From the NCBI GenBank assembly GCA_041623575.1, contig JBFJWO010000002.1:1-34541 (forward strand): DNA of 34,541 nucleotides, written 5' to 3'. Source of the stretch: Gammaproteobacteria bacterium (GTDB lineage Bacteria; Pseudomonadota; Gammaproteobacteria; JAHELT01). Of this stretch, positions 17,021 to 25,895 are shown one piece after another (within the stretch, counting starts at the first letter, position 1; the number at the start of each line of letters is the position of its first letter). A program made the position numbers and the translations under genes. Below the pieces are notes generated by a model. The model did no database searches. It was not told where the DNA came from and worked only from the letters and a program-made list of their open reading frames with translations.

Positions 17021-18647
17021 GCCCGCGCCGCGCCGGCGCCCGGCAACGGCGGCGCACCGCGCGACCCGGGCCGTGTGGCGCGGCGCCACGCTCTGGGTTG
17101 CGCTCTCGGCCACCGCGTTCGGCCAGCCGCTGTACGACCTCGGGCGCCAGGCCTGGCAGGACGGCCGCTACCGCTTCGCGCACGAAACCCTGCTCGAGTA
17201 CCGCGCCCTGCCCTACGGCCGGCGTCCGGACGTCGACTTCATGCTCGGCACCAGCGGTTGCCGCATCCCCGAGCGCGTCGAGTGGGGCCACGGCGTGCTC
17301 GACTGGATGCTCTACGCCTATGCGCTGACCTACGAGAGCCGGTCGCTGGTCAGGGGCGAGCGCGACCTCTGCCGCGCGGCCGCGCAGCGCGTCGCCACCG
17401 ACATCGGCCGCATCGTCGAGGAACGCGCAGCCGGCATGACCGGCTACGGCAAGACCTTCTACTGGGCCGAGCGCGAGAACCAGCCGGTCGCCTCCTACCC
17501 CATCCGTCGCACGCGTGCCATGGCCCGCGAAGACATGACCGCCCGCCTGGTGCCGCTCGGCGAGCCGGACCGCGCGCTGGCGGTGGCGAAAGAACTCTCA
17601 CCGCGCGGGCGCGCGGCCGTGCACGGCCCGTTCCTGCTGATCTCCGAAGCCGGGCACGAAGCCGGCCAGCTGGCGTCGATCGGCCAGACCCTGTCGCGCT
17701 ACCTGCGGTTCCTGGGTACGAGCTACGACGTCACGCCGCCGGCGCATTTCGTGACCGTGTACCTGGTCGAGAGCCACTACGCGGTGCGCGGGCTCGCCGA
17801 GCGACTGCACGGGCTGGACGTCAGCGAGGCCACGGTGGGCTACACCTTCGTCGACGACGCCAGCGTGGTGGCGGCGGTTGCCGGCACCGCCGTCGGCACG
17901 GTGCTGCACGAGCTGTTCCACCTGCTGGTGCGCGCCGATTTCGGCGACATCCCGCAATGGCTCGACGAGGGCATCGCTTCACTCTACGAGGTCTCGGGGC
18001 GCAACGGCGACAACTACTTCGGACTGGAGAACTGGCGACGCAAGGTGCTGGAGGAACTGTGGGACCATCGCCCGAGCGTGGCGGACCTGATCCGCAGCGA
18101 GTGGTTCCTGTTCGACGACCCGCGCCAGGTGCGCGCGGTCGGCCGGCGCGAGACCGACATCCACGAGTTCTACGGGCGCATCGAGGGCCAGCGCCAGGCG
18201 GCAATGATGGCCATGGCGCGCTATTTCCTGCTGCAGCTGGAGCAGCGGGGCGAGCTGCCGGCGGTGTTTCGCGCGATCCGGGACCGGGGGCTCGAAGCCC
18301 CGGGCGAAGGAGCGCGCGAGCGCGCCCTGCGCCTGGTCGAGACCACCCTGGGTCGCACGGCCGCAACCCTGGACGCCGAGTTCGTGTACTGGTTCGAGTC
18401 GCGCGCCGCGGTACGGGTCGGCCAGGCCCGCCAGACGCTGGCGAGCGGCGGCACGCTCTACGTCGCCACCGCCAACGTCAACATCCGCACCGGGCCGTCG
18501 ACCGATTTCGAGAAGCTCGGCCTGCTCCCGCAGGGTCGACGCGTGGCCGTGTTCGACGAGCGCGACGGCTGGTACGAGGTCCGCTTCAGCGACGGTGCCA
18601 CCGGGTTCGTCTCCGGCGACTACCTGCGCAAGGTGCCGCAACCCTGA
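16995..18647 (+). CDS. Exported HExxH (peptidase MA-like) protein with C-terminal SH3b domain, 550 aa
   Basis: Track ORF with GTG start 16995, overlapping the upstream gene by 26 nt. An alternative start is in-frame GTG 17073. Signal-like segment ATLWVALSATAFG-QP. HELFHLLVRADFGDIPQWLDEGIASLYE matches the HExxH...E pattern of Peptidase_MA_2/DUF1570-type domains. The C-terminal YVATANVNIRTGPSTDFEKLGLLPQGRRVAVFDERDGWYEVRF...GFVSGDYL is a bacterial SH3. Confidence 0.7.
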   Translation: MKKHCSASRPAPRRRPATAAHRATRAVWRGATLWVALSATAFGQPLYDLGRQAWQDGRYRFAHETLLEYRALPYGRRPDVDFMLGTSGCRIPERVEWGHGVLDWMLYAYALTYESRSLVRGERDLCRAAAQRVATDIGRIVEERAAGMTGYGKTFYWAERENQPVASYPIRRTRAMAREDMTARLVPLGEPDRALAVAKELSPRGRAAVHGPFLLISEAGHEAGQLASIGQTLSRYLRFLGTSYDVTPPAHFVTVYLVESHYAVRGLAERLHGLDVSEATVGYTFVDDASVVAAVAGTAVGTVLHELFHLLVRADFGDIPQWLDEGIASLYEVSGRNGDNYFGLENWRRKVLEELWDHRPSVADLIRSEWFLFDDPRQVRAVGRRETDIHEFYGRIEGQRQAAMMAMARYFLLQLEQRGELPAVFRAIRDRGLEAPGEGARERALRLVETTLGRTAATLDAEFVYWFESRAAVRVGQARQTLASGGTLYVATANVNIRTGPSTDFEKLGLLPQGRRVAVFDERDGWYEVRFSDGATGFVSGDYLRKVPQP

Positions 18648-18648
18648 G

Positions 18649-18679
18649 CAGCGGCGGCGTTCCGCGCGGCGCGCCGCTG
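18649..18679 (+). terminator. GC-rich hairpin directly after the peptidase gene stop
   Basis: CAGCGGCG...CGCCGCTG forms an 8-bp stem with a 15-nt loop, starting 2 nt after the TGA at 18645..18647. No U-tract. Confidence 0.35.
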
Positions 18680-18886
18680 AGTGCTGCCCGTGGATGTCGT
18701 CACGCAAATCGACGACCATAGACGCCGGGCGTGTGCCGTGCAGCAGCACCGCGCGCGACCGAACGGGTACCGGACGGTACTCGTCCATCCTGCCAGGGAC
18801 GAGCGCAGCCGGCGCAGGCGGCCCGCTTCGACAAGGGGCGTCCCCGGCTGCGACGACGGCGCGGCTTTATCGAGGAGGAACATTGC

Positions 18887-19858
18887 ATGAAAAGGTTAGG
18901 ATCGACGGGCACGCGGTTGCTGGGTGCGACGGGTCTGACGCTGGCGCTGGCCGGCGCGGCCCTGGCGCAGCCGGTCGGTATCGCCACGTCCAACCCCGGG
19001 TCGCTGTTCCACAACATCGGCTCGGCGGTGGCCAAGGTCGCCAACGAGAACGGGCTCAACGCCACCATCCAGCCGGCCACCAGCCCCAACCAGTACCTGC
19101 CGCTGGTCAACGCCAACGAGATCGAGTTCGGCGTGGCGAACCTGCAGGAGTTCAACTACGCGCTCGAGGGGCGCGAGTGGTTCGCCGGCAACCTCAGCCC
19201 GGACCTGCGCGTGGTCGGCCTGATCATGCCGTTGCGCGAGGCGATCTTCGTGCGCAAGGACTCCGACATCCGCACCATCGCCGACCTGCGCGGCAAGCCG
19301 ATGGTGGACGGCTATACCGCGCAGCAGACGATCCTGCCGCAACTCGACGCTCACTACGCGACCGCCGGCATGACGCGGGCCGACATCAAGCCGGTACAGG
19401 TAGCGAGCGTGGTGGCCGGCGCCAACGCTTTCATGTCGGGCGAGAGCGTCGGTTTCATCTTTGCGCACGGGGCGGGCAAGGTGCGCGAGGCGGACGCCGC
19501 GGTTGGCGGCCTGCGGGCGCTGTCGATCGAAAACACGCCCGCCAACGCGGCCCTGATCAAACGCCACTGGCCGGTCGGCTACCTGGTGAAGATCGCACCC
19601 GGCCGCGGCGCGCCGGGGGTGCTGGAGGAAGGCTGGTACGTCGCCTACCCGCAGCTGGTGTTCACCAACCGCAAGGTCGCCGACGACACCGTCTACCGCA
19701 TGGCGAAGATCCTCTACGAGAACAAGAAGGGCATGGCCGCGGTGTTCGGTGCGTTCAACGGCTTCGACCCGGATCGCGACATGGTCGGCGACACCGCCCC
19801 GGGCGAGTACCACCCGGGCGCGGTCCGGTTCTATCGCGAGGTGGGTCTCTGGAAGTGA
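18887..19858 (+). CDS. TAXI-family TRAP transporter solute-binding protein, 323 aa
   Basis: ATG 18887 lies in frame within track ORF 18731..19858, with GAGGAGG upstream. Signal peptide MKRLGSTGTRLLGATGLTLALAGAALA. TAXI-like sequence (GIATSNPGSLFHNIGSAVAKV...YHPGAVRFYREVGLWK). It is followed by the fused permease. Confidence 0.9.
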   Translation: MKRLGSTGTRLLGATGLTLALAGAALAQPVGIATSNPGSLFHNIGSAVAKVANENGLNATIQPATSPNQYLPLVNANEIEFGVANLQEFNYALEGREWFAGNLSPDLRVVGLIMPLREAIFVRKDSDIRTIADLRGKPMVDGYTAQQTILPQLDAHYATAGMTRADIKPVQVASVVAGANAFMSGESVGFIFAHGAGKVREADAAVGGLRALSIENTPANAALIKRHWPVGYLVKIAPGRGAPGVLEEGWYVAYPQLVFTNRKVADDTVYRMAKILYENKKGMAAVFGAFNGFDPDRDMVGDTAPGEYHPGAVRFYREVGLWK

Positions 19859-19864
19859 GCGCGG

Positions 19865-21820
19865 GTGACTGAGCCCGCGCCGGGCGTCGGCGACGACCCG
19901 GCACCGGCCCGCTCCGCCTGGCACCCGGTGGCCTGCGCCCTGGCGGCGGTTCTCACCGTCGCCGCCGCCGCCTGGTCGCTCGGCCTGCCGCGATACCTGT
20001 CGCTGGGGCTCTATCCCCAGCAGTTTTTCGCCGGCGCGCTGGCACTGGCGCTGCCGGTGGCTTTCCTGCGTTTGCCGGCGCGGCGCGGCGCGGCGCGCGA
20101 CTCGGTGCCGTGGTACGACCTCGTCGCCGCTGCGCTCGGCTTCGTCGCCGCCGGCTACATCGCGGTCCGCTACCCGAACCTGGTCAACCAGATCTTCTTC
20201 CGCCCCCCGCAGGCCTACGTGCCCGGGGCCATCGTCACCGTGCTGGGTGTGGAGGCGCTGCGCCGCGCGACCGGGTGGGCACTGCCCGTCATCGTCGCCT
20301 GTTTCGTGCTGTATGCCCTGTTCGGCGACATCGTGCCCGGGCGACTGGCGAGCCGCCCCCAGGACTGGCAGAAGCTGGCCGGTTACCTGGCCTTCGACGT
20401 CAACGGGATTCTCGGCATCCCGCTGGCGGTGGCCGCGACCATCGTCATCACGTTCATCTTTTTCGGCAGCCTGCTGGCGGTGACCGGCGGTTCGGGTTTT
20501 TTCACCGACGCCGCGCTGCTCAGCATGGGGCGTTTTCGCGGCGGGTCGATGAAGATCGCGGTGGTGGCGTCCGGGCTGTTCGGCTCGATCTCCGGTTCGG
20601 CGGTGGCCAACGTGGTCGCCACCGGGGTCGTCACCATCCCCATGATCAAGCGCGCCGGCTACCCCGCCCACAAGGCCGGGGCCATCGAGGCGGTGGCGTC
20701 CACCGGCGGGCAACTCATGCCGCCGGTGATGGGGGCCGCGGCATTCCTGATGGCGGAGTTCCTGCAGATCCCCTACGCCGAAGTCGTCACCGCGGCGCTG
20801 GTGCCGGGACTGCTGTACTACATCGCGCTGTTCATCCAGGCCGATCTCGAAGCCGCGCGGCTCGGTATCGCCCGCGTCGATGCGAAAGACATCCCGCGCG
20901 CACGCAGCGTGCTGAGCGGCTGGCACTTCTTCGTGTCGTTCGCGGTGCTGATCTACGCGCTGTTCGCGCTCAACTGGCAGCCCGAGCGCGCCGCGCTGGC
21001 CGCCGCCGGCGCGGTGCTGGTCACCGCTTTCGGGTTCGGCTACCAGGGCCGCCGGCCGCGCCCCTGGCAGGTCGTGCAGGCCCTGTGGCGCACCGGCTTC
21101 GCGGTGATCGACATCGTTCTCATCTGCGTGGCCGCGGGCATCGTCATCGGTGTGCTCAACATCACCGGTCTCAGCTTCAACCTGACCTACGGCCTGGTGC
21201 AACTCGGCGACGGCGAGCCGCTCACCCTGCTCGCGCTGGCGGCGCTGGTGTGCGTCGTGCTCGGCATGGGACTGCCGACCCTCGGCGTGTACGTGATCCT
21301 CGCCGCACTGGTCGCACCGGCGCTGGTCGAGGTGGGGATCAACCCGGTGGCCGCCCACCTCTACGTGCTCTACTTCGGCATGATGTCGATGATCACGCCG
21401 CCGGTGGCGATCGCCGCGTTCGCCGCCGCGGGGATCGCCAAGTCCGCGCCGATGCAGACCGGTTTCGAGGCCATGCGCCTCGGCTGGACGGCCTACATCG
21501 TGCCGTTCCTGTTCGTCGCCTCGCCGAGCCTGCTGCTGATCGGCACCTGGCAGTCGGTGACGCTGGCAGTGCTGACCGCGGTGATGGGCGTGTGGCTGGT
21601 GTCGATCGCCATCGCCGGGCAGTTCACGCGCTCGCTCGGTGCGGCGCTCAGGATCGCCTTCGCGGCGGCGGGGCTGTGCGCGCTGATCCCGGCCGGCGCG
21701 TTCGCACTCGCGATCTGGACCGACATCGCGGGCGTGCTCGCCGGTACCGCCCTGATCGTGCGCGAGATCGTCGCGACCCGCGGCCGGGCCGCGCCGGCCC
21801 AGGAGGCCGACCGGCACTGA
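19865..21820 (+). CDS. TRAP transporter fused permease (TAXI-type), 651 aa
   Basis: Track ORF with a GTG start 6 nt after the binding-protein gene. Polytopic membrane protein whose sequence and pairing are typical of TAXI-TRAP fused permeases. Confidence 0.9.
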   Translation: MTEPAPGVGDDPAPARSAWHPVACALAAVLTVAAAAWSLGLPRYLSLGLYPQQFFAGALALALPVAFLRLPARRGAARDSVPWYDLVAAALGFVAAGYIAVRYPNLVNQIFFRPPQAYVPGAIVTVLGVEALRRATGWALPVIVACFVLYALFGDIVPGRLASRPQDWQKLAGYLAFDVNGILGIPLAVAATIVITFIFFGSLLAVTGGSGFFTDAALLSMGRFRGGSMKIAVVASGLFGSISGSAVANVVATGVVTIPMIKRAGYPAHKAGAIEAVASTGGQLMPPVMGAAAFLMAEFLQIPYAEVVTAALVPGLLYYIALFIQADLEAARLGIARVDAKDIPRARSVLSGWHFFVSFAVLIYALFALNWQPERAALAAAGAVLVTAFGFGYQGRRPRPWQVVQALWRTGFAVIDIVLICVAAGIVIGVLNITGLSFNLTYGLVQLGDGEPLTLLALAALVCVVLGMGLPTLGVYVILAALVAPALVEVGINPVAAHLYVLYFGMMSMITPPVAIAAFAAAGIAKSAPMQTGFEAMRLGWTAYIVPFLFVASPSLLLIGTWQSVTLAVLTAVMGVWLVSIAIAGQFTRSLGAALRIAFAAAGLCALIPAGAFALAIWTDIAGVLAGTALIVREIVATRGRAAPAQEADRH

Positions 21821-22027
21821 GCCTGGCGGCTCGGTTGCGGCCCCTCGTTTCCCTGCCCTCGAGGCGTCGCATGGACAGCGGCGCCGACGCGCAAACGCCG
21901 CAGCCCGTCCGTTGCGCCGGGCTGGTAGAATGCGCCGCCGGGCCGGGACGGCGCCGACGTCACCAGTAGCGAGACACGATGATCCACCAGTTGCGCATCG
22001 CTGCCGGTACCGGCAGGCGGATTCGAC

Positions 22028-23857
22028 GTGCCTGACGTCTCACCCGCGATACCCAACCTGCATGCCGCAGCGTCGCTCGTCCTGACGGCGCTGGCGCTGT
22101 ATCTGTTCTCGCGTGACAGGTACCGTCTGGAACTCACCGGCCTCGGCCTGCTGACGGTGCTCACGGTGGGTTTCTCGGTGTTCCCCTACACGGCCGTCGA
22201 CGGCCGGGTCCTCGACCCGGCACTGTTCTTCACGGGCTTCGGTCATCCGGCGCTGATCGCCGTGTGCGCGCTGATGGTGGTGGGCCAGGGCCTGGTGCAC
22301 ACCGGCGCGCTGGAACCGGTCGGACGGGTGCTGGCACGGGCCTGGAGCACGATGCCGTTCCTGTCCTTCGGACTCACCCTGCTGGTGAGCGCGGTGCTGA
22401 GCGCGTTCGTCAACAACACACCCATCGTGGTGCTGTTGCTGCCGATCCTGGTCAGCGTGAGCCTGCGCACCAGCATGTCCCCGGCCTCGGTGTTGATGCC
22501 GATGGGGTTCGCCACCCTCATCGGCGGCACGGCCACCACCATCGGCACCTCGACCAACCTGCTGGTGGTGAGCGTCGCGGCCGATCTCGGCGTGCCGCGC
22601 TTCGAAATGTTCGACTTCGTGCTGCCGGCCACCGTCGCCGGTTGCGTGGCCATCCTCTACCTGTGGCTGATCGCACCGCGCCTGCTGCCGGCTCGCGACA
22701 TCGGTCTCGACAACGTCTCCCCGCGCCTGTTCGATGCGCGCCTGCAGCTGGGCGAAGAAAGTGTGGCGGTCGGCAAGACCCTGGCCGAGGCCACGGCGCT
22801 GGCCGGCGGCATGCGCGTTGCGCGGATCCGCCGCGAAGGCGTGCTGGTGCAACCGCTGCCGGACGTCGTGTTGCGCGCCGGCGACCGGCTGCGCGTGCGC
22901 GACACACCCCAGAACCTCAAGGCTTTCGAGAGCGCCCTGAAAGCGCGGCTGTACTCCGGCGACCAGGTCGTCGACGAGGCTCACCCGCTGCGCGCCGAAA
23001 GCCAGCAGCTGGCCGAGATCGTGGTGGTGCCGGCCTCGCGCCTCGACGGGGCCAACCTTCGCTACGCGCAGTTTCTCGACCGCTACCAGCTGGCGGTGCT
23101 CGCGCTGCACCGCGCCGGCGAGGACATCTGGAAGCCGCACGAGGAGATCCACGACGTGACCCTCATGCCGGGCGACGTGCTGCTGGTGCAGGGCGCGCGC
23201 GAGCAGCTGCAGGGGATCAAGCGCAACGCGGAGTTCCTGGTTCTCGATGCGACCGTCGACCTGCCGCACACCGACAAGGCGTGGCTCGCCTTCGCCATCC
23301 TGGTGGCGGTGGTGGCACTGGCTGCGCTCGGCGTCATGCCCATCGTGGTCAGCGCCACCGCCGGCGCTGCGCTCATGCTGCTGACGCGCTGCCTGAGCGT
23401 CGGCGCAGCGATCCGTGCGATCAGCCCGGCGGTCTTCTTCGTCGTCGTCGCGAGCCTCGCGCTCGGGCGGGCGCTGGTGGAGACCGGCGCCACGGGCTAC
23501 GTCACCGACGTGTTCCTGGCGCTCACCGCCGGCGCCACGCCGACGGTCATACTGAGCGCGCTGATGCTGTTGCTGGCGTTGCTCACCAACGCCGTTTCCA
23601 ACAACGCGGCGGCGGTCATCGGCACGCCGATCGCGGTCAGCATCGCGCAGCAGCTGGGGTTGCCGCCGGAGCCGTTCGTGCTGGCGGTCCTGTTCGGCGC
23701 CAACATGAGCTACGCCACGCCCATGGCCTACCAGACCAACCTGCTGGTGATGAACGCCGGCAACTACCGCTTCGCCGAGTTCCTCAAGGTCGGTATTCCG
23801 CTGACCCTCATCATGTGGCTGGTGTTGACCTGGCTGCTGAGCGCGCTGTACCTGTAG
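22028..23857 (+). CDS. SLC13/DASS-family anion permease with two central TrkA-C (RCK C-terminal) domains, 609 aa
   Basis: Track ORF with a GTG start. Polytopic N- and C-terminal halves. The central soluble region contains two TrkA-C-like repeats (...GKTLAEATALAGGMRVARIRREGVLVQPLPDVVLRAGDRLRV... and ...LDGANLRYAQFLDRYQLAVLALHRAGEDI...LMPGDVLLVQG...). Confidence 0.85.
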   Translation: MPDVSPAIPNLHAAASLVLTALALYLFSRDRYRLELTGLGLLTVLTVGFSVFPYTAVDGRVLDPALFFTGFGHPALIAVCALMVVGQGLVHTGALEPVGRVLARAWSTMPFLSFGLTLLVSAVLSAFVNNTPIVVLLLPILVSVSLRTSMSPASVLMPMGFATLIGGTATTIGTSTNLLVVSVAADLGVPRFEMFDFVLPATVAGCVAILYLWLIAPRLLPARDIGLDNVSPRLFDARLQLGEESVAVGKTLAEATALAGGMRVARIRREGVLVQPLPDVVLRAGDRLRVRDTPQNLKAFESALKARLYSGDQVVDEAHPLRAESQQLAEIVVVPASRLDGANLRYAQFLDRYQLAVLALHRAGEDIWKPHEEIHDVTLMPGDVLLVQGAREQLQGIKRNAEFLVLDATVDLPHTDKAWLAFAILVAVVALAALGVMPIVVSATAGAALMLLTRCLSVGAAIRAISPAVFFVVVASLALGRALVETGATGYVTDVFLALTAGATPTVILSALMLLLALLTNAVSNNAAAVIGTPIAVSIAQQLGLPPEPFVLAVLFGANMSYATPMAYQTNLLVMNAGNYRFAEFLKVGIPLTLIMWLVLTWLLSALYL

Positions 23858-23870
23858 CGCGCGCGGCGTT

Positions 23871-25271
23871 TCAGTTCGCCCGCCCCCCGGGGTCGCGCCC
23901 GAGCACGGCCAGCATGGCCGCCACGTCGGTGAACTTGACGCGCGGTCGCCCGACGGCCTCGCCGGCCCGCACTTCGGCCGCGTCGATCGCACGCCAGTCC
24001 TCGTAGCGAACCACGCCCGCGACGCGCGCGGCGATCAAGTCGTCCATCGCCCGCGGATCGGGGCTCGCCGGTTGCAGGTGACGGGCGAGTGAGAGGTCCT
24101 CCAGCATGCACTCGACGGTGTCGCGCGCACAGGTCTTGTTGGTGCCGATCACGCCGCTCGGGCCACGCTTGATCCAGCCGGCGGTGTAGAGGCCCGCCAG
24201 CACCTTGCCGGCGTCGGTCACCCGCCCCCGCTGGTTCTCGATCGTGCCCCGTTGGCGATCGAACGGGACGCCCGCCAGCGGCTCGCCGCGGTAGCCGACA
24301 GCGCGGAACACCAGCCCCGCCGGCAGCGTCTCCTGCGCGTCGGTGCTCGTCACCTGCACCGAACCGTCCGGGTTCACCCGCGGGGCGTTGCGGGCGAGTC
24401 GCACGCCGGTGACCTTGCCGGCGCTCCCGAGCAACGCCGTCGGCGAGACGAAGAACCGCAACGTCACCCGCCGCCCGTCGCCGCGCGGGGCCGCGTTCGC
24501 GTAGCCCTGCACGCAGGCGACGTTCCTGGCGGCGTCGCTGTCCGCATCGCCCGGCACCGCGGGATCGAGCAGGAGGTCCTCGCGCAATGCGCTCACCTGC
24601 GCGCCCGGCAACTCGCCGAGCTCGCGGATCTCGCGCGGGGTGAAAGCCGCCTGCGCCGGGCCCCGGCGCGCCAGCAGGTATACGTTCCTGACGCGGCTTT
24701 GCCGCAACGCCTCGAGCGCATGGGCCGCGATGTCGGTCTGCTCCAGCTCGGCCGGGGTCCGGCACAGCAGGCGCGCGACATCGAGCGCCACGTTGCCCGC
24801 GCCGACGACGGCCACGTCGCGCACGCCCAGGTCGAAGCGGCACTGCGCATAGTCCGGGTGGCCGTTGTACCAGGCGACGAAGGCCGCGGCCGAGTGGCTG
24901 CCGGTCAGGCTCTCGCCGGGAACGTCCAGGGCGCGCTCCTGCTGCGCGCCGGTCGCGAACACCACCTGGTGGTAGTGCGCCTGCAGATCGTCCAGCACGA
25001 GGTCGCGGCCGTATTCGACGTTACCGAAGAAGCGCAGGCGCGCATCGCCGGCGATGCGCTCGAAAACGCGCGCCACCGATTTGTCCTTGGGATGGTCGGG
25101 GGCAACACCGTAACGCACGAGCCCGAACGGCGCCGGCAGGCGCTCGAAGAGATCCACTTCGAGGTGCAGATCGGGACACCTGAACAGATGGCCGAGCGTA
25201 TAGAAACCGGCCGGCCCGGCGCCGACGACGGCGACCCGCAACGGCCGCCCGGCGCTACCGACGCCGTTCAC
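23871..25271 (-). CDS. FprA/adrenodoxin-reductase-type NADPH:ferredoxin oxidoreductase, 466 aa
   Basis: Track ORF with a GTG start. FAD fingerprint VAVVGAGPAGFY. Contains GLVRYGVAPDHP. Second dinucleotide fingerprint VAVVGAGNVALDVARLL. Confidence 0.8.
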   Translation of the reverse strand: MNGVGSAGRPLRVAVVGAGPAGFYTLGHLFRCPDLHLEVDLFERLPAPFGLVRYGVAPDHPKDKSVARVFERIAGDARLRFFGNVEYGRDLVLDDLQAHYHQVVFATGAQQERALDVPGESLTGSHSAAAFVAWYNGHPDYAQCRFDLGVRDVAVVGAGNVALDVARLLCRTPAELEQTDIAAHALEALRQSRVRNVYLLARRGPAQAAFTPREIRELGELPGAQVSALREDLLLDPAVPGDADSDAARNVACVQGYANAAPRGDGRRVTLRFFVSPTALLGSAGKVTGVRLARNAPRVNPDGSVQVTSTDAQETLPAGLVFRAVGYRGEPLAGVPFDRQRGTIENQRGRVTDAGKVLAGLYTAGWIKRGPSGVIGTNKTCARDTVECMLEDLSLARHLQPASPDPRAMDDLIAARVAGVVRYEDWRAIDAAEVRAGEAVGRPRVKFTDVAAMLAVLGRDPGGRAN

Positions 25272-25355
25272 GCATCCGCCTCAACGCCAGTGCGCGCCGG
25301 CCCTGCGCCGGGCTGCCAGCTCCATAACCGAAGGAAAACAACAAGATAGGCGACT

Positions 25356-25377
25356 CTTTCTACGTTCTTTCTACGTT
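25356..25377. repeat. Perfect tandem direct repeat, 2 x 11 bp (CTTTCTACGTT CTTTCTACGTT); candidate operator
   Basis: Read directly from the sequence, in a locally AT-rich patch of the fprA-like/ybiI divergent intergenic region. It lies 85-106 nt upstream of the fprA-like start. Confidence 0.6.
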
Positions 25378-25481
25378 TGTCGGCGGCTCGCCAGGCGCTC
25401 GGCGACGGGTATCGGGCCTCACTGTCCCAAAATTGCAGGCGGACATAAAGCCCCGCGACAACGCGACGCGCCGGGCAGCCG

Positions 25482-25487
25482 TATAAT
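25482..25487 (+). promoter_or_regulatory. Perfect TATAAT -10 hexamer upstream of ybiI
   Basis: The context GCCGTATAATCGC lies 91 nt upstream of ATG 25578, and such a hexamer is rare in 70% GC DNA. No good -35 at 17-bp spacing. Confidence 0.4.
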
Positions 25488-25577
25488 CGCTCTCGATCGC
25501 GACGTCACGGCGACCGGTGCGGGGCGCCGCAGGGGCGACGCGATCGCCGGGAAAGGACCAACACACGGGAGCCCGAC

Positions 25578-25844
25578 ATGGCCGGTGGCTGGGCCCGCGA
25601 CGGGGCCGTACAGGAGCAGATCGACGCCAGCGTGCAGGACGCCGTCGAGCGGGCGCGAAGCCGCATACCGCACGGCGAAAGCCGGCAGCGCTGCGAGGAA
25701 TGCGACGACGAGATTCCCGAGGCGCGCCGCCAGGCGGTGCCGGGCGTGCGCCTGTGCGTCGCCTGCCAGGGCGAACACGACGAACGCCAGCGCGACCTCG
25801 GCGGCTACAACCGCCGCGCCAGCAAGGACAGCCAGTTGCGCTGA
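25578..25844 (+). CDS. ybiI: DksA/TraR-family C4 zinc-finger protein, YbiI-like, 88 aa
   Basis: Track ORF. MAGGWARDGAVQEQIDASVQDAVERARSRIPHGES..CEECDDEIPEARRQAVPGVRLCVACQ...GYNRRASKDSQLR is colinear with E. coli YbiI as I remember it, and the same length. CxxC...CxxC zinc finger. Confidence 0.85.
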   Translation: MAGGWARDGAVQEQIDASVQDAVERARSRIPHGESRQRCEECDDEIPEARRQAVPGVRLCVACQGEHDERQRDLGGYNRRASKDSQLR

Positions 25845-25895
25845 CGCGCCTGCGCCGCGTCTCGCGGGGCAACACGCGCGCCAGGGAGGAAGGAC

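Noticed and set aside
18896-21817. 973-aa minus-strand ORF
   Set aside because: It is antisense to the TAXI binding protein and TRAP permease genes. Its composition is dominated by R/G/D/H/A with no motifs. The plus-strand products have clear family sequence, so this is a shadow ORF.
21871-21969. 32-codon ATG ORF (MDSGADAQTPQP...) in the TRAP/SLC13 spacer as a possible small protein
   Set aside because: It has no ribosome-binding site. It lies in the same out-of-frame run as the artefactual 619-aa ORF 20110..21969, and its composition is typical of random GC-rich sequence.
22040-24006. 650-aa minus-strand and 580-aa plus-strand ORFs overlapping the SLC13 gene
   Set aside because: One is antisense and the other out of frame. 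Both are R/G/H/Q-rich or R/A/G-rich, whereas the 22028..23857 frame is a clean polytopic permease.
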